64,000 nt of DNA from positions 1,484 to 65,483 of the forward strand of contig CANQPG010000004.1 in the NCBI GenBank assembly GCA_947625705.1. The letters run 5' to 3'. Of the stretch, positions 1-10,300 are shown one piece after another (position 1 is the stretch's first letter; each line of letters begins with the position of its first letter). The notes below the pieces were generated by a model. It did not search any database. It worked only from the letters and a program-made list of their open reading frames with translations, and was not told the DNA's origin. Origin of the DNA: an uncultured Peptococcaceae bacterium. Its GTDB lineage: Bacteria > Bacillota > Dehalobacteriia > UBA4068 > UBA4997. The position numbers and the translations under genes were made by a program.

Positions 1-12
1 GAGGGTGATGAG

Positions 13-2262
13 ATGAACATATTAGAGAATTTGAATGAGATGCAGCGCCGCGCGGTGGAGACCACCGAGGGGCCCGTGCTGGTGCTGGCCGGCGCGGGCA
101 GCGGCAAAACCAAGGCGTTGGTCACCCGTGCGGCTTATCTGCTGCAGGAAGTAGGCATACGCCCCGGCGAGCTTTTGGCGTTTACGTTTACCAACAAGGC
201 CGCCCAGGAGATGTGCGAGCGCATGGAAAAGCTGACGGGGTTTTCCGTCCGCAACATGTGGGTGGGCACTTTCCACAGCATTTGTCTGCGTATTTTGCGC
301 CGCGAGGCCAAATACCTGCCGTTTGACGCGCAGTTTGTCATCTATGACGACGCCGACCAGCAGACCATGCTGAAGCGCATACTTAAGGAAATGGGGCTGA
401 AAGACAAGGAATTTCACCCCCGCGCCGTAGCCGCCCAGATCAGCAAATGTAAAAACCAGCTGATGACCCCGGAGGATTATTATAACGAGGTGGGCACGGA
501 CTGGGACAGCACCGTGGCCAAAATTTACGCGGCCTATCAGCGGCAGCTTCTGGCCGCGAACGCGCTGGATTTTGACGACCTGATCATGGATACGCTGCGC
601 CTGTTCGAGCAGCACCCGGACGTTTTGGCCAAGTATCAGCAGCGCTTCCGCTACATCATGGTGGACGAATATCAGGACACCAACTATTCGCAGTATTACC
701 TTATCCAACAGCTGGCGGCGGCAAGCCATAACATCTGCGCCGTCGGCGACCCTGACCAGAGCATTTACGGCTGGCGCGGCGCGGATATCGGCAATATTTT
801 GAACTTTGAGAAAGATTACAAGGACTGCTGCCTGATCAAATTGGAGCAGAATTACCGCAGCACCAAGAACATTCTGGACGCGGCCAACAGCGTGATCGAG
901 CATAACGCCCAGCGTAAGCCCAAGGCGCTGTGGACGGACGCGCCGGAGGGCGAGCTGATCGATTATCAGGAGCTGCCCGACGACCGCTCCGAGGGTATGT
1001 TCGTGGTGGAAACCATCGCCATGATGCGGGAGCAGGGCTATGACTACAAGGATTTTGCCGTGGTCTACCGCACCCACCCGCAGGCGCGCGTGCTGGAGGA
1101 CGCCCTCCTGAAATACGGCTTCCCGTATCACGTTTACGGCGGCATGAAGTTCTATGAGCGCAAAGAGATCAAAGACACGCTGGCGTACCTGCGCCTGCTG
1201 GTGAACCCGGACGACAACCTTTCGCTGGCGCGGATCATCAACGAGCCGAAGCGCAGTATCGGCGCGGGCAGCTATCAGAAGCTGGAAGCGGGCGCGACGG
1301 CGCTGGGGCTTCCCGTATACCGGGCGCTGACCCGCCCCGAGGTGCTGGAAACCTTATCGCCCACGGCGCAGAAAAGCGTCAGGAATTTTGTTGACCTGAT
1401 CGAACGGCTGACCAAGCTTTCGCATGAGGTGGATATTCCCGAGCTGTTGGAAAACCTGTGGACGCAGACGGGCTATTATTCCGCGCTGGAGCAGCAAGAC
1501 CCCACCACGGCGGAGAGCCGTCTGGAAAACCTGCGCGAGTTTTCGGCCAGCGCCGTGGAGTTTATGGATACGATGGCGGAGGCGCAGGCCTATGCCGAAA
1601 CCAACCCGGACGAATACGGCGACGCGGCGGATAACGCGCCCACGCTGGAAAACTTCCTCGCCCGGATCGCGCTGATCACCGACACCGACAGCTATGACAG
1701 CGAGGACGGCAGCATTACGCTTCTGACCATGCACGCTGCCAAGGGGTTGGAGTTCCCGGTGGTGTTCATGGTGGGCATGGAGGAAAAAATGTTCCCGCAC
1801 GGCCGCTCGCTGCTGGACGAAAACGAGCTGGAGGAGGAGCGGCGGCTCTGCTATGTGGCGATGACCCGCGCCGAAAAGCGCCTGATCATGACCCGCGCCA
1901 TGCGCCGCAACCTGTTCGGCCAGTATGTGACGCTGCCGCCCAGCCGCTTTGTCGGCGAGATCCCGGCGGAGCTGATGAACGCCCACACGCTGAGCTATCG
2001 CCGGCCGGAGATCAAGCACGAAGCGCCGCCCAAGCCGACCTCGCTGTTCGTCAGCCGCCCCAAGCGCAGCTTTGAACCGCAGCCTGACGCGGCCAAGCAG
2101 CTTATCAACATCGGCGACAAGGTGCAGCACACCAAGTTCGGCCAGGGCGTGGTGGTGAAAATCGAGGGCAAGGGCGAGGACGCCGCGCTCTCCATCGCGT
2201 TCCCCGGGCAGGGCATTAAGGTGCTGATCCAGAAATACGCGCCGCTCAAATTAGTCAAATAA
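13..2262 (+). CDS. pcrA: ATP-dependent DNA helicase PcrA (UvrD family)
   Basis: 749-aa ORF with Walker A GAGSGKT and the UvrD/PcrA motifs DEYQDTN, LEQNYRST and VAMTRA. A GAGGGTG RBS lies just upstream of the ATG at 13. Confidence 0.93.
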   Translation: MNILENLNEMQRRAVETTEGPVLVLAGAGSGKTKALVTRAAYLLQEVGIRPGELLAFTFTNKAAQEMCERMEKLTGFSVRNMWVGTFHSICLRILRREAKYLPFDAQFVIYDDADQQTMLKRILKEMGLKDKEFHPRAVAAQISKCKNQLMTPEDYYNEVGTDWDSTVAKIYAAYQRQLLAANALDFDDLIMDTLRLFEQHPDVLAKYQQRFRYIMVDEYQDTNYSQYYLIQQLAAASHNICAVGDPDQSIYGWRGADIGNILNFEKDYKDCCLIKLEQNYRSTKNILDAANSVIEHNAQRKPKALWTDAPEGELIDYQELPDDRSEGMFVVETIAMMREQGYDYKDFAVVYRTHPQARVLEDALLKYGFPYHVYGGMKFYERKEIKDTLAYLRLLVNPDDNLSLARIINEPKRSIGAGSYQKLEAGATALGLPVYRALTRPEVLETLSPTAQKSVRNFVDLIERLTKLSHEVDIPELLENLWTQTGYYSALEQQDPTTAESRLENLREFSASAVEFMDTMAEAQAYAETNPDEYGDAADNAPTLENFLARIALITDTDSYDSEDGSITLLTMHAAKGLEFPVVFMVGMEEKMFPHGRSLLDENELEEERRLCYVAMTRAEKRLIMTRAMRRNLFGQYVTLPPSRFVGEIPAELMNAHTLSYRRPEIKHEAPPKPTSLFVSRPKRSFEPQPDAAKQLINIGDKVQHTKFGQGVVVKIEGKGEDAALSIAFPGQGIKVLIQKYAPLKLVK

Positions 2263-2267
2263 ACAGC

Positions 2268-2305
2268 AAAAGACCGACGAGCTTATTGCCCGCCGGTCTT
2301 TTTTT
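2268..2305. terminator. Bidirectional hairpin terminator between convergent pcrA and the small ORF
   Basis: AAAAGACCG...CGGTCTTTTTTT: a stem flanked by an A-run and a T-run, directly after the pcrA stop (2260-2262). Confidence 0.6.
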
Positions 2306-2313
2306 GTCTGCCG

Positions 2314-2655
2314 TCAGTCGCCGATACCCGCTTTGGGCACGGCCAGACTGAAATGCACGTAAACGTCGTCCCGTCCGGAAACGGGCAGCCAGCCGCGGAT
2401 AGAAGTGCCGTCCGGGTTATCGGCCATGCCCTTGCCCTCGGCGAGCGCCCGCATGGCCAGGCAGCCCCGGTGGTTGGTGGCAGAGGGGAGCGTTGCGCAG
2501 CAAACGCCGGGCGCGTAACCCTTAGCAATAGCCGTTTGGTTGGCGGCGATGATGATATGGTCGCGGCCGATCAGGCGCGCCATACCGGGAAAGGCGTCCC
2601 ACATCAAATGAAACGCGGCAATTTCCTCCGGCGAGACGGTGATTTGGTTCGGCAT
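2314..2655 (-). CDS. Hypothetical small Cys-containing protein (113 aa), family not recognised
   Basis: The ORF has a GAGGAGG RBS 9 nt upstream of the ATG (MPNQITV...). Codon usage is like its neighbours. I found no motif I can assign. Confidence 0.55.
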   Translation of the reverse strand: MPNQITVSPEEIAAFHLMWDAFPGMARLIGRDHIIIAANQTAIAKGYAPGVCCATLPSATNHRGCLAMRALAEGKGMADNPDGTSIRGWLPVSGRDDVYVHFSLAVPKAGIGD

Positions 2656-2671
2656 GATAACAGACCTCCTC

Positions 2672-2703
2672 ATATAAACAAAAGCCCCCGCGCTGCGGAG
2701 GCT
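2672..2703 (-). terminator. Intrinsic terminator after tRNA-Val
   Basis: On the minus-strand RNA, GCCUCCGC-AGC-GCGGGGGC is followed by UUUUGUUUAU. It begins 7 nt after the tRNA-Val CCA end. Confidence 0.65.
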
Positions 2704-2709
2704 TTTTTA

Positions 2710-2786
2710 TGGTGGAGATAACAGGATTCGAACCTGTGACCTCTCGCATGTGAGGCGAGCGCTCTAACCAACTGAGCTATACCTCC
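2710..2786 (-). tRNA. tRNA-Val (anticodon CAC)
   Basis: The reverse complement GGAGGTATAGCTCAGTTGGTTAGAGCGCTCGCCTCACATGCGAGAGGTCACAGGTTCGAATCCTGTTATCTCCACCA folds as a cloverleaf. The anticodon loop is CTCACAT, the T-loop is GGTTCGAATCC, and CCA is encoded. Confidence 0.9.
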
Positions 2787-2793
2787 AAAAAAA

Positions 2794-2882
2794 TGGCGGA
2801 GCGGGTGGGATTCGAACCCACGAGCCCTTGCGGACTACCTGATTTCGAGTCAGGCCCGTTATGACCACTTCGATACCGCTCC
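2794..2882 (-). tRNA. tRNA-Ser (anticodon CGA), long variable arm
   Basis: 89 nt. The acceptor stem is GGAGCGG/CCGCTCC, the anticodon loop is CTCGAAA, the long variable arm is TAGTCCGCAAGGGCTC, the T-loop is GGTTCGAATCC, and the 3' end is GCCA. Confidence 0.88.
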
Positions 2883-2917
2883 CCAACCAAACAGCGAGCG
2901 CAAGTGCCGCTTAAAAA

Positions 2918-2946
2918 ATAATAGCACATCGGGGCGCGTAATGCAA
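2918..2946 (-). promoter_or_regulatory. Putative sigma-A promoter of the tRNA-Ser/tRNA-Val unit
   Basis: On the minus strand: TTGCAT, 17 nt, TATTAT. It lies about 30 nt upstream of the tRNA-Ser 5' end. Confidence 0.5.
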
Positions 2947-2964
2947 GCGATTTTGCAAATTTTA

Positions 2965-3486
2965 TCAAATAATTTGGCAGGAAAGCCACGCCGCCGCAAT
3001 GCCGATAGCCGCGCCCACCAGCACATCGCCGGGGTAATGCTGCCCCAGATAAATGCGGGATATGCCCACCAGCATGCAGACGGCGGCGATAATGTTCTCA
3101 TAGGCAGGCTGCATGATGGCAATGACCCCGCCCAGAGCCGTGATGGTGGCGGTGTGGGCGCTGGGGAAAGAGGGATCGTATTGCATCAGCTTGCTGTAAA
3201 TGTTGACGTTGGGCAGCTGGATATGCGGCCGCATACGCCTGGTCAGAAATTTCATGCTCTGCGCGGCCAGCTGGGCAAAAAACACCGCGCCCAGCACGTT
3301 GGTGCCGGGTATGGAGGGCAAAAACAGCATCAGAAAAAGGCAGATACCAACCACCGACACGAACCCGGCCAGGTGCGTGAACAGCGGCATGATGATATCC
3401 AAAAAGCGGCATTTAATGCTCTGATTGAAGAAGTTGAAGAAAAACGTGTCCACGCGCGCCAGCATTTGCAGAAATGACTCGATCAA
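2965..3486 (-). CDS. PAP2-family membrane phosphatase (BcrC/undecaprenyl-diphosphatase-like)
   Basis: Carries the three acid-phosphatase motifs: KFLTRRMRP, PSAH and SRIYLGQHYPGD. The protein is hydrophobic. It uses a TTG start with an AAAGGAGAA RBS that overlaps the stop of the upstream gene. Confidence 0.85.
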   Translation of the reverse strand: MIESFLQMLARVDTFFFNFFNQSIKCRFLDIIMPLFTHLAGFVSVVGICLFLMLFLPSIPGTNVLGAVFFAQLAAQSMKFLTRRMRPHIQLPNVNIYSKLMQYDPSFPSAHTATITALGGVIAIMQPAYENIIAAVCMLVGISRIYLGQHYPGDVLVGAAIGIAAAWLSCQII

Positions 3487-3499
3487 TGCCTGTTCTCCT

Positions 3500-4660
3500 T
3501 TATTCAGCCGGTTTATACGTTACCTTGACCAGGCAGTTCCCCACCTGCAAGGCATACGTGCCGGGGTCGTCAAACTCCACCTCGGTGTAAAAATACGTGC
3601 CGTCGCCCTTGGCGGCATACGTCTGCTTATCGCTGTACATCTGGGCGCTGCCGTCGGCCAGCCGGTAGACGATAACATTCTCCGTCAGGCGCTGGCTGCG
3701 GCCGCGCACCGCCAGCTTCGGCGCGGTGACGGTGGAAGCGGCGGGAAGCTCGGTGAAATACGCGCGGGAGGGAATGACCTCCGCCGTCAGATAAACGTAG
3801 GTGGTATCGGGCTGCTGATAGGCTCCGATACCGATATAGCCCGCCGAAGCGTCCAGCAAAGCAGAGCGCGTATCATCGTCGGTCAGCCATTTGGTCACGG
3901 CCTGATACACCGTTTCGGTGCGGTAATCGATTTTGGCGATAATTTCGGTAGGCTGGGGCAGCTTCAGCGCCTTGGCACGGCTGCTCAAAGTGCCGGCCGT
4001 CGGCGAATTGCTGCTGAAATAGCCGTCCTCCGCCATATCCTTGCTGTGGGCGTCGGCCATCGTGCCCAACTCGGCGGCGGTGGAGAAAGCGTCCAAATGC
4101 TTTTGCAGACGCACGCTGTTCAGCTGCTGCAATGCCTGATTGGCAATGGTCGCGGCGTCCGGTACGGTCTCCGGCGTCATGGCCGGGTCGGGCGCAGGCG
4201 CAGGCGTGGGAGTGTCCGTGGCCGGCTGACCGGAGGCTTGCGCGGCAGCGATACTGACGGTGTTATTTTCCGGCTGCCAGTTCACCGCGCAGTCAAACGC
4301 CTCGCCGATAAAGCGCAGCGGCACCAGCGTGCGGCTCTCCACCACCTGCGGCTCCACGTCCAGCGGGCGTTTTTCGCCGTTCAGCCAGGCGGCTGGCGTA
4401 TCCAGCAGCAAAACTATCTTATCATTGCCGCGATAGATATCAATGCGCCCGGAGGCGTCATAATTCACCGTGGCGGCAAGCGCCTCGGCGCAGGCTCTGA
4501 GCGGCAGCATGGTGCGGTTATTGATGACCAGCGGCGCCACGTCGGAAGAGAGCGCACTGCCGTTCACCGTGATCTGCATATCGGCGGCCAAGGCGGGCGA
4601 AGCCGAAAGCCCGGCAGCCAAAAGAAAAGCGGCCAGGCCGCGCATAAGCGTTTTTTTCAT
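3500..4660 (-). CDS. Secreted protein: copper-amine-oxidase-N-like (stalk) domain plus CAP/SCP (YkwD-like) domain
   Basis: Sec signal MKKTLMRGLAAFLLAAGLSASPALA. The N-terminal region reads NGSAL..APLVINNRTMLPLR. The CAP-like motif AHSKDMAEDGYFSSNSPTAG is present. Confidence 0.75.
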   Translation of the reverse strand: MKKTLMRGLAAFLLAAGLSASPALAADMQITVNGSALSSDVAPLVINNRTMLPLRACAEALAATVNYDASGRIDIYRGNDKIVLLLDTPAAWLNGEKRPLDVEPQVVESRTLVPLRFIGEAFDCAVNWQPENNTVSIAAAQASGQPATDTPTPAPAPDPAMTPETVPDAATIANQALQQLNSVRLQKHLDAFSTAAELGTMADAHSKDMAEDGYFSSNSPTAGTLSSRAKALKLPQPTEIIAKIDYRTETVYQAVTKWLTDDDTRSALLDASAGYIGIGAYQQPDTTYVYLTAEVIPSRAYFTELPAASTVTAPKLAVRGRSQRLTENVIVYRLADGSAQMYSDKQTYAAKGDGTYFYTEVEFDDPGTYALQVGNCLVKVTYKPAE

Positions 4661-4930
4661 AATATTATGACCTCGTTTAGTTTATTATAAAATATGCGAT
4701 TTTATCAGCAGTATAATTTCTACAAAATTAGCCCAAATCCTCTTTTGGCGGGGAGACTGCCTGTTATTTTTTGCCGCCGGCCGGCGGCGCATAAGCGGCG
4801 GCTTTCCCGCGAAAAATAGCGGTATACGGCAGAAAAGGCCACATATCGAGGCCGGCGCCGGTCTAAAAAAATTTGCTGCCGCGCCGCTGCCGTTTTATGA
4901 TATATTTTGTGGATTTTGGAGGCCAGGTAT

Positions 4931-5269
4931 ATGGATACGAACAAGGAAAACGATTTGATGAAGAAGCTGGAGCAGTCCGTGCCGGGCGGCGATGCCGGTT
5001 ATCTGCCGGACGGCAGGCCGCTTCAGCCGGGGCTTCCCAGCCAAACGGTGAACCCGCCCACGGCCAGCGGCGGCAACGGCAGCTCGCAGGCGAGGAAGCC
5101 CGCGATAAACAACGACGCGCCGCGGGCGGCATATACGGCGGGCATGGCTGCATACGGCAGCCAGCCGGGCGATATTGCAAACGTCACCCCGGAGCTGGTG
5201 AACCGCATTGAGATGTATGGTGCGGAAGCGGTATATAACGCCGGGGACGAAAATCAGGGCAACCGCTGA
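4931..5269 (+). CDS. Hypothetical low-complexity protein (112 aa)
   Basis: GGAGG RBS 8 nt upstream of the ATG (MDTNKEND...). The sequence is Pro/Gly/Ala-rich. I do not recognise a domain. Confidence 0.4.
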   Translation: MDTNKENDLMKKLEQSVPGGDAGYLPDGRPLQPGLPSQTVNPPTASGGNGSSQARKPAINNDAPRAAYTAGMAAYGSQPGDIANVTPELVNRIEMYGAEAVYNAGDENQGNR

Positions 5270-5292
5270 ACCGGAAACAAAACTCTAACGAA

Positions 5293-5330
5293 AAAGGCTC
5301 CCCCTTGCCGCACGGCAGGCGGGAGCCTTT
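5293..5330. terminator. Bidirectional terminator between convergent genes
   Basis: AAAGGCTCCCCCTTGCCGCACGGCAGGCGGGAGCCTTT: a GC-rich stem flanked by A and T runs. Confidence 0.6.
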
Positions 5331-5364
5331 AATATTCGGTTTATATTTCGGTGGTAAATTATGT

Positions 5365-6279
5365 TCACAGCTTTTGCAGATCGTAGGGCGTGGTCTGGTA
5401 GACGTAATAGTTCAGCCAGTTGGTGAACAGCAGCTGGCCGTGCGCCCGCCAGCGGTTGACGGGCTTCTGCGCCGGGTCGTCGCCGGGGAAGTAATTGAAC
5501 GGCACCTTAACGTCCATACCTTTGCCGAGATCGCGGAAGTATTCGTCGCGCAGGGTGTAAAGGTCGTATTCCGAATGGCCGCTGACGAAAAACTGCTTGT
5601 TGTCATGGTCGCTGACGATGTGGATACCGGCCTGCGGCGAGACGGACAAAATGCGCAGCTGCGGCACCTTGGCGATGGCCTCCGGGTCGGATTCGGTGTG
5701 GCGGGAATGGGGCGCAAAATATTCCTCGTCGAAGCCGCGGAACAGGCGCGCCTTGGGGTTCAGCATATAGTGGCTGTACACACCGGAAAGCTTGCCGGGC
5801 AGCTGGCGCTTCGGCACGCCGTAGTGATAATAAAGCCCGGCCTGCGACGCCCAGCAGATGTGCATGGTGCTGTGGGCGTGGGTTTTTGTCCACTCCATGA
5901 TACGGCAAAGCTCCGCCCAGTATTCCACCTCCTCAAACGCCATGTTCTCCACCGGCGCGCCGGTGATGATCACGCCGTCGAAGTTTTCGTCCAGAATATC
6001 GTCCACCGTGCGGTAAAAGGCGGAAAGGTGTTCCTCCGACGTATTCTTGGCGGCATAGCTTTTGGTGTGGATCAGCTGTACTTCAATTTGCAGCGGCGTG
6101 TTGGCCAGGCAGCGCAAAATCTGCGTTTCGGTGGCAATTTTGGTGGGCATCAGGTTCACCAGGGCAATTTTCAGCGGGCGGATATCCTGCGTGAGAGCCC
6201 GGGTCTCCGTCATCACGAAGATATGCTCGCTCTCCAGAATGGGGCGGGCGGGCAGATCGTTGGGTATCTTAATTGGCAT
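5365..6279 (-). CDS. metA: Homoserine O-acyltransferase MetA
   Basis: 304 aa, [11 protein letters not shown]... with [27 protein letters not shown] (active-site Cys region) and PHSRHTE. GGAGG RBS. Only the C-terminal third of the 906-aa track ORF is real. Confidence 0.92.
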   Translation of the reverse strand: MPIKIPNDLPARPILESEHIFVMTETRALTQDIRPLKIALVNLMPTKIATETQILRCLANTPLQIEVQLIHTKSYAAKNTSEEHLSAFYRTVDDILDENFDGVIITGAPVENMAFEEVEYWAELCRIMEWTKTHAHSTMHICWASQAGLYYHYGVPKRQLPGKLSGVYSHYMLNPKARLFRGFDEEYFAPHSRHTESDPEAIAKVPQLRILSVSPQAGIHIVSDHDNKQFFVSGHSEYDLYTLRDEYFRDLGKGMDVKVPFNYFPGDDPAQKPVNRWRAHGQLLFTNWLNYYVYQTTPYDLQKL

Positions 6280-6319
6280 AGGGCATGCCTCCTTAAAAAA
6301 ACTAAAAATATAATTTCTT

Positions 6320-6348
6320 ATCATAATATAAATGACGCAGTTTGTCAA
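6320..6348 (-). promoter_or_regulatory. Putative sigma-A promoter of metA
   Basis: On the minus strand: TTGACA, 17 nt, TATGAT. The leader is only about 35 nt, so there is no room for an S-box. Confidence 0.5.
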
Positions 6349-6358
6349 ACAAAATGGC

Positions 6359-6387
6359 TTGCAATTAAAAAATTTCTCTGTTATGAT
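6359..6387 (+). promoter_or_regulatory. Putative sigma-A promoter of the ABC exporter operon
   Basis: TTGCAA, 17 nt, TATGAT, about 35 nt upstream of the ATG at 6424. Confidence 0.5.
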
Positions 6388-6423
6388 AGCCGATAAAGAA
6401 TGATGTTGGGAGAGTGATAGCAG

Positions 6424-8172
6424 ATGTCGAAAAAGCTGCTGGCCTGTATGCGGGGCTATAAGCTGGCGGCAGTGGCCACACCGCTCTGCATTGTGGGCGA
6501 GGTGGCGCTGGATATTTTTATCCCGCTGGTTATGGCCGCCATTATCAATGTGGGGCTGGCCGAAAGAGACGTACCGTATATCTGCAAAATGGGCGCGCTG
6601 ATGCTGGTGATGGCGCTCTGTTCGCTGCTGTTCGGGTCGCTGGCCGGGCGGTTTGCGGCGGTGGCCGGCATGGGCTTTGCCAAAAATATCCGCCGCGCCA
6701 TGTTCGCGCATATTCAGGAATTCTCGTTCCGCTGCCTGGATAAATTCAGCACCGCCTCGCTGATCACCAGGCTGACGACGGACGTTACCAACACGCAGAT
6801 GGCCGTGATGATGGGGCTTAGAATGTTGTTCCGCGCGCCGCTGATGCTGATCTTCGGCGCGGCGATGGCGCTTTATATCAACAAACGGCTGGCGATGGTG
6901 CTGCTGGTGGCGCTGCCCATTCTGGCGGTGGCGATATTCATCATTTTCAGCCAGGCATTCCCGCGCTTTCAGCTGATGATGGACAAATATGACGCGCTGA
7001 ACGTCCGCACGCAGGAGAATTTGAGCGCGATCCGCGTCGTCAAGGCGTTCGTACGCGAGGGGCATGAGACGAAAATTTTTGCCGACAGCGTGGACGATTT
7101 GCAGGCGGCCTCTTTCCGCGCCGAAAGCCTGATCATCACCGCCATGCCCGTCATGCAGCTGGTAATGTACGGCTGCATGCTGGCGGTATCGTGGTTCGGC
7201 GGGCGTCAGATCATTGCCGGGGGTATGCTGGTGGGCGATCTGATGAGCTTCATCAGCTATATTTCGCAAATATTGATGGCCGTCATGATGATCGCGATGA
7301 TCTCCGTCAATCTGATACTCTCCCGCGCGTCGATCCGCCGTATCAGCGAAGTGCTGGACGAAGAGCCGGACTTGGCGGAACCCGCCGATCCCACAAAACC
7401 GGCGGCCAAGGCTGACATTCGGTTTGAGAACGTCAGCTTTGCTTACAGCGCAGGCGGCGCGGCAGCGGAAAACGTCCTCTCGGATATCAACCTGACGATC
7501 AACGCGGGCGAAACGGTGGGCATTATCGGCGGCACGGGCAGCGGCAAAAGCACGCTGGTACAGCTGATCCCCCGGCTTTATGACGCCACGGCCGGGCGTG
7601 TGCTGGTGGGCGGCGTGGACGTGCGGGAACAAAACCTCTCTGAGCTGCGCGCCAAAGTGGGCATGGTGCTGCAAAAAAATCTGCTTTTCTCTGGTACGAT
7701 CGCCGAAAACCTGCGCTGGGGCAACCCGGACGCCACGCAGGCAGAAATTGAGACGGCCTGCAAGCAGGCGGCGGCGCACGATTTCATTATGAGCTTCCCC
7801 GACGGCTACGATACCGTGCTGGGGCAGGGCGGCGTTAACCTTTCCGGTGGGCAGAAGCAGCGTCTGACCATTGCCCGCGCGCTTTTGAAGCGCCCGCAGA
7901 TCATTATTCTGGACGACAGCACCAGCGCGGTGGATACCGCGACGGACAGCGCCATTCGCCGCGCGCTTAAGGAAACGCTTGCCGGGACGACCGCGATTAT
8001 CGTGGCGCAGCGCATAACGTCTGTTATGGACGCGGACAAAATTGTCGTGCTGGACGACGGCAAGATATCCGCCGTCGGCACGCATAAGGAATTGCTGGCC
8101 GCAAACCAGATCTATCAGGAGGTCTATTATTCGCAGCAGAAAGGGGGCGAGGACGATGCCGCGCAGGAATAA
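6424..8172 (+). CDS. ABC exporter permease/ATPase half-transporter with a degenerate catalytic site
   Basis: Six-TM N-terminal domain. Walker [10 protein letters not shown], signature LSGGQKQR, and Walker [13 protein letters not shown], with Asp in place of the catalytic Glu. Confidence 0.9.
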   Translation: MSKKLLACMRGYKLAAVATPLCIVGEVALDIFIPLVMAAIINVGLAERDVPYICKMGALMLVMALCSLLFGSLAGRFAAVAGMGFAKNIRRAMFAHIQEFSFRCLDKFSTASLITRLTTDVTNTQMAVMMGLRMLFRAPLMLIFGAAMALYINKRLAMVLLVALPILAVAIFIIFSQAFPRFQLMMDKYDALNVRTQENLSAIRVVKAFVREGHETKIFADSVDDLQAASFRAESLIITAMPVMQLVMYGCMLAVSWFGGRQIIAGGMLVGDLMSFISYISQILMAVMMIAMISVNLILSRASIRRISEVLDEEPDLAEPADPTKPAAKADIRFENVSFAYSAGGAAAENVLSDINLTINAGETVGIIGGTGSGKSTLVQLIPRLYDATAGRVLVGGVDVREQNLSELRAKVGMVLQKNLLFSGTIAENLRWGNPDATQAEIETACKQAAAHDFIMSFPDGYDTVLGQGGVNLSGGQKQRLTIARALLKRPQIIILDDSTSAVDTATDSAIRRALKETLAGTTAIIVAQRITSVMDADKIVVLDDGKISAVGTHKELLAANQIYQEVYYSQQKGGEDDAAQE

Positions 8173-10018
8173 AGGCTTTGCCCGCCCAAGCGATATGCGG
8201 GGTACGCTCAGCAGGCTGCTGAAATACCTGGCGCCGCAGAAGCTGCGCCTGCTGCTGGTGGCGCCGGCGATCTTGTTATCCTCCGCCGCCGCCGTGGCCG
8301 GGAGTTATTTTCTGAAGCCGCTGTTCAATGATTACGTGGTGCCGTTTATCGGGCAGGCAAACCCCGATTTATCAGGCTTTATCCGGCTGATCGCGCTGAT
8401 GGCCGGCATATATCTCGCCGGCGCGGCGGCCACCTACGCTTATAACCGCCTGATGGTGGTGGTGGCTACCCAAACGCTGGCGACGATCCGCAAGGATATG
8501 TTCGCGCATATGCAGAAGCTGCCGCTGGCGTTCTTTGACAAGCACCCGCACGGCGAGCTGATGAGCCGCTACACCAGCGACACCGACGCGCTGCATGACG
8601 CGCTTTCGATGGCGCTGCCCTCGCTGCTTTCCTGCTCGGTGACCATTATCGGCGTGTTTGGCGCCATGCTGATTTTAAGCCCGCCGCTGACGCTGCTGAT
8701 CCTGCTGATGCTGGGCGTAATGTTCCTCTCCGTGAAGCTGATCGGCAAAAAAAGCTCGCATTATTTCCAGCAGCAGCAGCAGGCGATCGGCCGCGTGAAC
8801 GGTTATATTGAGGAAATGATCGAGGGGCAGAAAGTGGTGCGCGTGTTCGGGCATGAAGGGGCGACCGAGCAGGAATTTGCCGCGCTGAACGACGCTCTCT
8901 GCCACGCCTCCACCAACGCCCACACGTTTGCCAATATCCTGATGCCGGTGATCGGCAATCTTTCCTATGTTAATTACGCGCTGACGGCGGTTTTGGGCGC
9001 GGTGCTGGGCGTGGGCGGGCTGATCGACCTGGGCACGCTGGCTTCGTTTTTGCAGTTCACCCGTCAGTTCTCCCAGCCGATCGCGCAGATATCGCAGCAG
9101 TTCAACAACGTGCTGCTGGCGCTGGCCGGGGCGGAGCGTATCTTTGCCATTTTGGACGAAGAACCGGAAAGCGACGCGGGCGATGTAACGCTCGTCCGGG
9201 CGGAAAAGGGCGCGGACAGCGCCTGGCAGGAAGCGCCGCAGGGGAGCCACTGGCTGTGGAAAAAGGGCGGAGCCTACACCGAGGTTCGGGGTGACGTGCG
9301 GCTGCAAAACGTGGTGTTTGGCTATGTACCGGAAAAGACGGTGCTGCACGGCGTCAGCTTCTATGCCAAGCCCGGCCAGAAAATCGCGCTGGTGGGCAGC
9401 ACGGGCGCGGGCAAAACCACGATAACCAACCTGATCAACCGCTTCTATGACATTGACGAGGGGCAGATTTTATACGACGGCATTGACGTTAAGGACATCA
9501 AAAAGCCCGATCTGCGGCGCTCAATGGCGTTCGTTTTGCAGGACAGCCACCTGTTCAGCGGCACGATCCGCGAGAATATCCGCTATGGCCGCCCGGACGC
9601 CTCTGACGCCGAGGTGGAAGCGGCGGCCAGGCTCGCCAACGCCGATGTGTTTATCCGCCACCTGGCGCACGGCTATGAAACGTTTATCTCAGGCGACGGC
9701 GGCAACCTATCGCAGGGGCAGCGCCAGCTTTTGACGATCGCCCGGGCGGCGCTGGCCGATACCCCCGTGCTGGTGATGGACGAGGCCACCAGCTCCGTCG
9801 ATACGCGGACGGAGCGGCTGATCGAAAAGGGTATGGATCGGCTGATGGAAAACCGCACCGTTTTTGTGATCGCGCACCGGCTTTCCACCGTCAGAAACGC
9901 CAACGCCATTTTGGTGCTGGAGGGCGGCCAAGTGGTGGAGCGCGGCGACCACGACGAGCTGCTGGCGCAGCGGGGACGTTACTATCAGCTTTATAACGGC
10001 CTGTTTGAGCTGGAATAA
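8156..10018 (+). CDS. ABC exporter permease/ATPase half-transporter, consensus-site partner
   Basis: The start MPRRNKG overlaps the upstream stop by 17 nt. Walker [10 protein letters not shown], signature LSQGQRQL, and Walker [13 protein letters not shown]. Confidence 0.9.
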   Translation: MPRRNKGFARPSDMRGTLSRLLKYLAPQKLRLLLVAPAILLSSAAAVAGSYFLKPLFNDYVVPFIGQANPDLSGFIRLIALMAGIYLAGAAATYAYNRLMVVVATQTLATIRKDMFAHMQKLPLAFFDKHPHGELMSRYTSDTDALHDALSMALPSLLSCSVTIIGVFGAMLILSPPLTLLILLMLGVMFLSVKLIGKKSSHYFQQQQQAIGRVNGYIEEMIEGQKVVRVFGHEGATEQEFAALNDALCHASTNAHTFANILMPVIGNLSYVNYALTAVLGAVLGVGGLIDLGTLASFLQFTRQFSQPIAQISQQFNNVLLALAGAERIFAILDEEPESDAGDVTLVRAEKGADSAWQEAPQGSHWLWKKGGAYTEVRGDVRLQNVVFGYVPEKTVLHGVSFYAKPGQKIALVGSTGAGKTTITNLINRFYDIDEGQILYDGIDVKDIKKPDLRRSMAFVLQDSHLFSGTIRENIRYGRPDASDAEVEAAARLANADVFIRHLAHGYETFISGDGGNLSQGQRQLLTIARAALADTPVLVMDEATSSVDTRTERLIEKGMDRLMENRTVFVIAHRLSTVRNANAILVLEGGQVVERGDHDELLAQRGRYYQLYNGLFELE

Positions 10019-10034
10019 AAAACGCCAAAAAATA

Positions 10035-10065
10035 AAAGCGGCAGGCTTAAACAGCTTGCCGCTTT
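10035..10065. terminator. Bidirectional terminator
   Basis: AAAGCGGCAGGC-TTAAAC-AGCTTGCCGCTTT lies between the convergent ABC gene and the small membrane ORF. Confidence 0.6.
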
Positions 10066-10087
10066 GCGGTTTATGACGCGCCGGGGC

Positions 10088-10300
10088 TTACATCATATGC
10101 CCGGTGATATAAAAGAGCAGGCAGAAAGCCAAAATCAGGCAGACCGCGCCCAAAAACTTGCCGACGGTGTTGTTCTTATTATACTCTTCCTTAAACGGGT
10201 GCAGGAACAGGTCTTTGACGGCGCTCCAAATGCTCTCCTTTTTTTTGACGCTGGGGTTGGCGGCCTGCCGCGCGCGCTTTTCCCGGTTTTTTCTGCTCAT
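10088..10300 (-). CDS. Hypothetical small membrane protein (70 aa)
   Basis: MSRKNREKRARQ... has a basic N-terminus and one C-terminal TM segment (FLGAVCLILAFCLLFYI). GGAAGGAAG RBS. Confidence 0.45.
   Translation of the reverse strand: MSRKNREKRARQAANPSVKKKESIWSAVKDLFLHPFKEEYNKNNTVGKFLGAVCLILAFCLLFYITGHMM

Noticed and set aside
3425-4690. 421-aa plus-strand ORF
   Set aside because: It lies antisense to the signal-peptide-bearing CAP-domain gene. Its composition is Arg/Gly/Ala-rich and low in complexity, with no RBS or domain. It is a shadow ORF.
6280-6348. SAM (S-box) riboswitch upstream of metA
   Set aside because: The predicted promoter leaves a leader of only about 35 nt, and none of the S-box conserved helices are visible.
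5365-8085. 906-aa minus-strand ORF in the track
   Set aside because: Only the last 304 codons (5365-6279) are MetA, with its own RBS. The upstream 600 codons are Arg/His/Gly-rich and lie antisense to the ABC exporter gene, so they are a typical high-GC shadow ORF.
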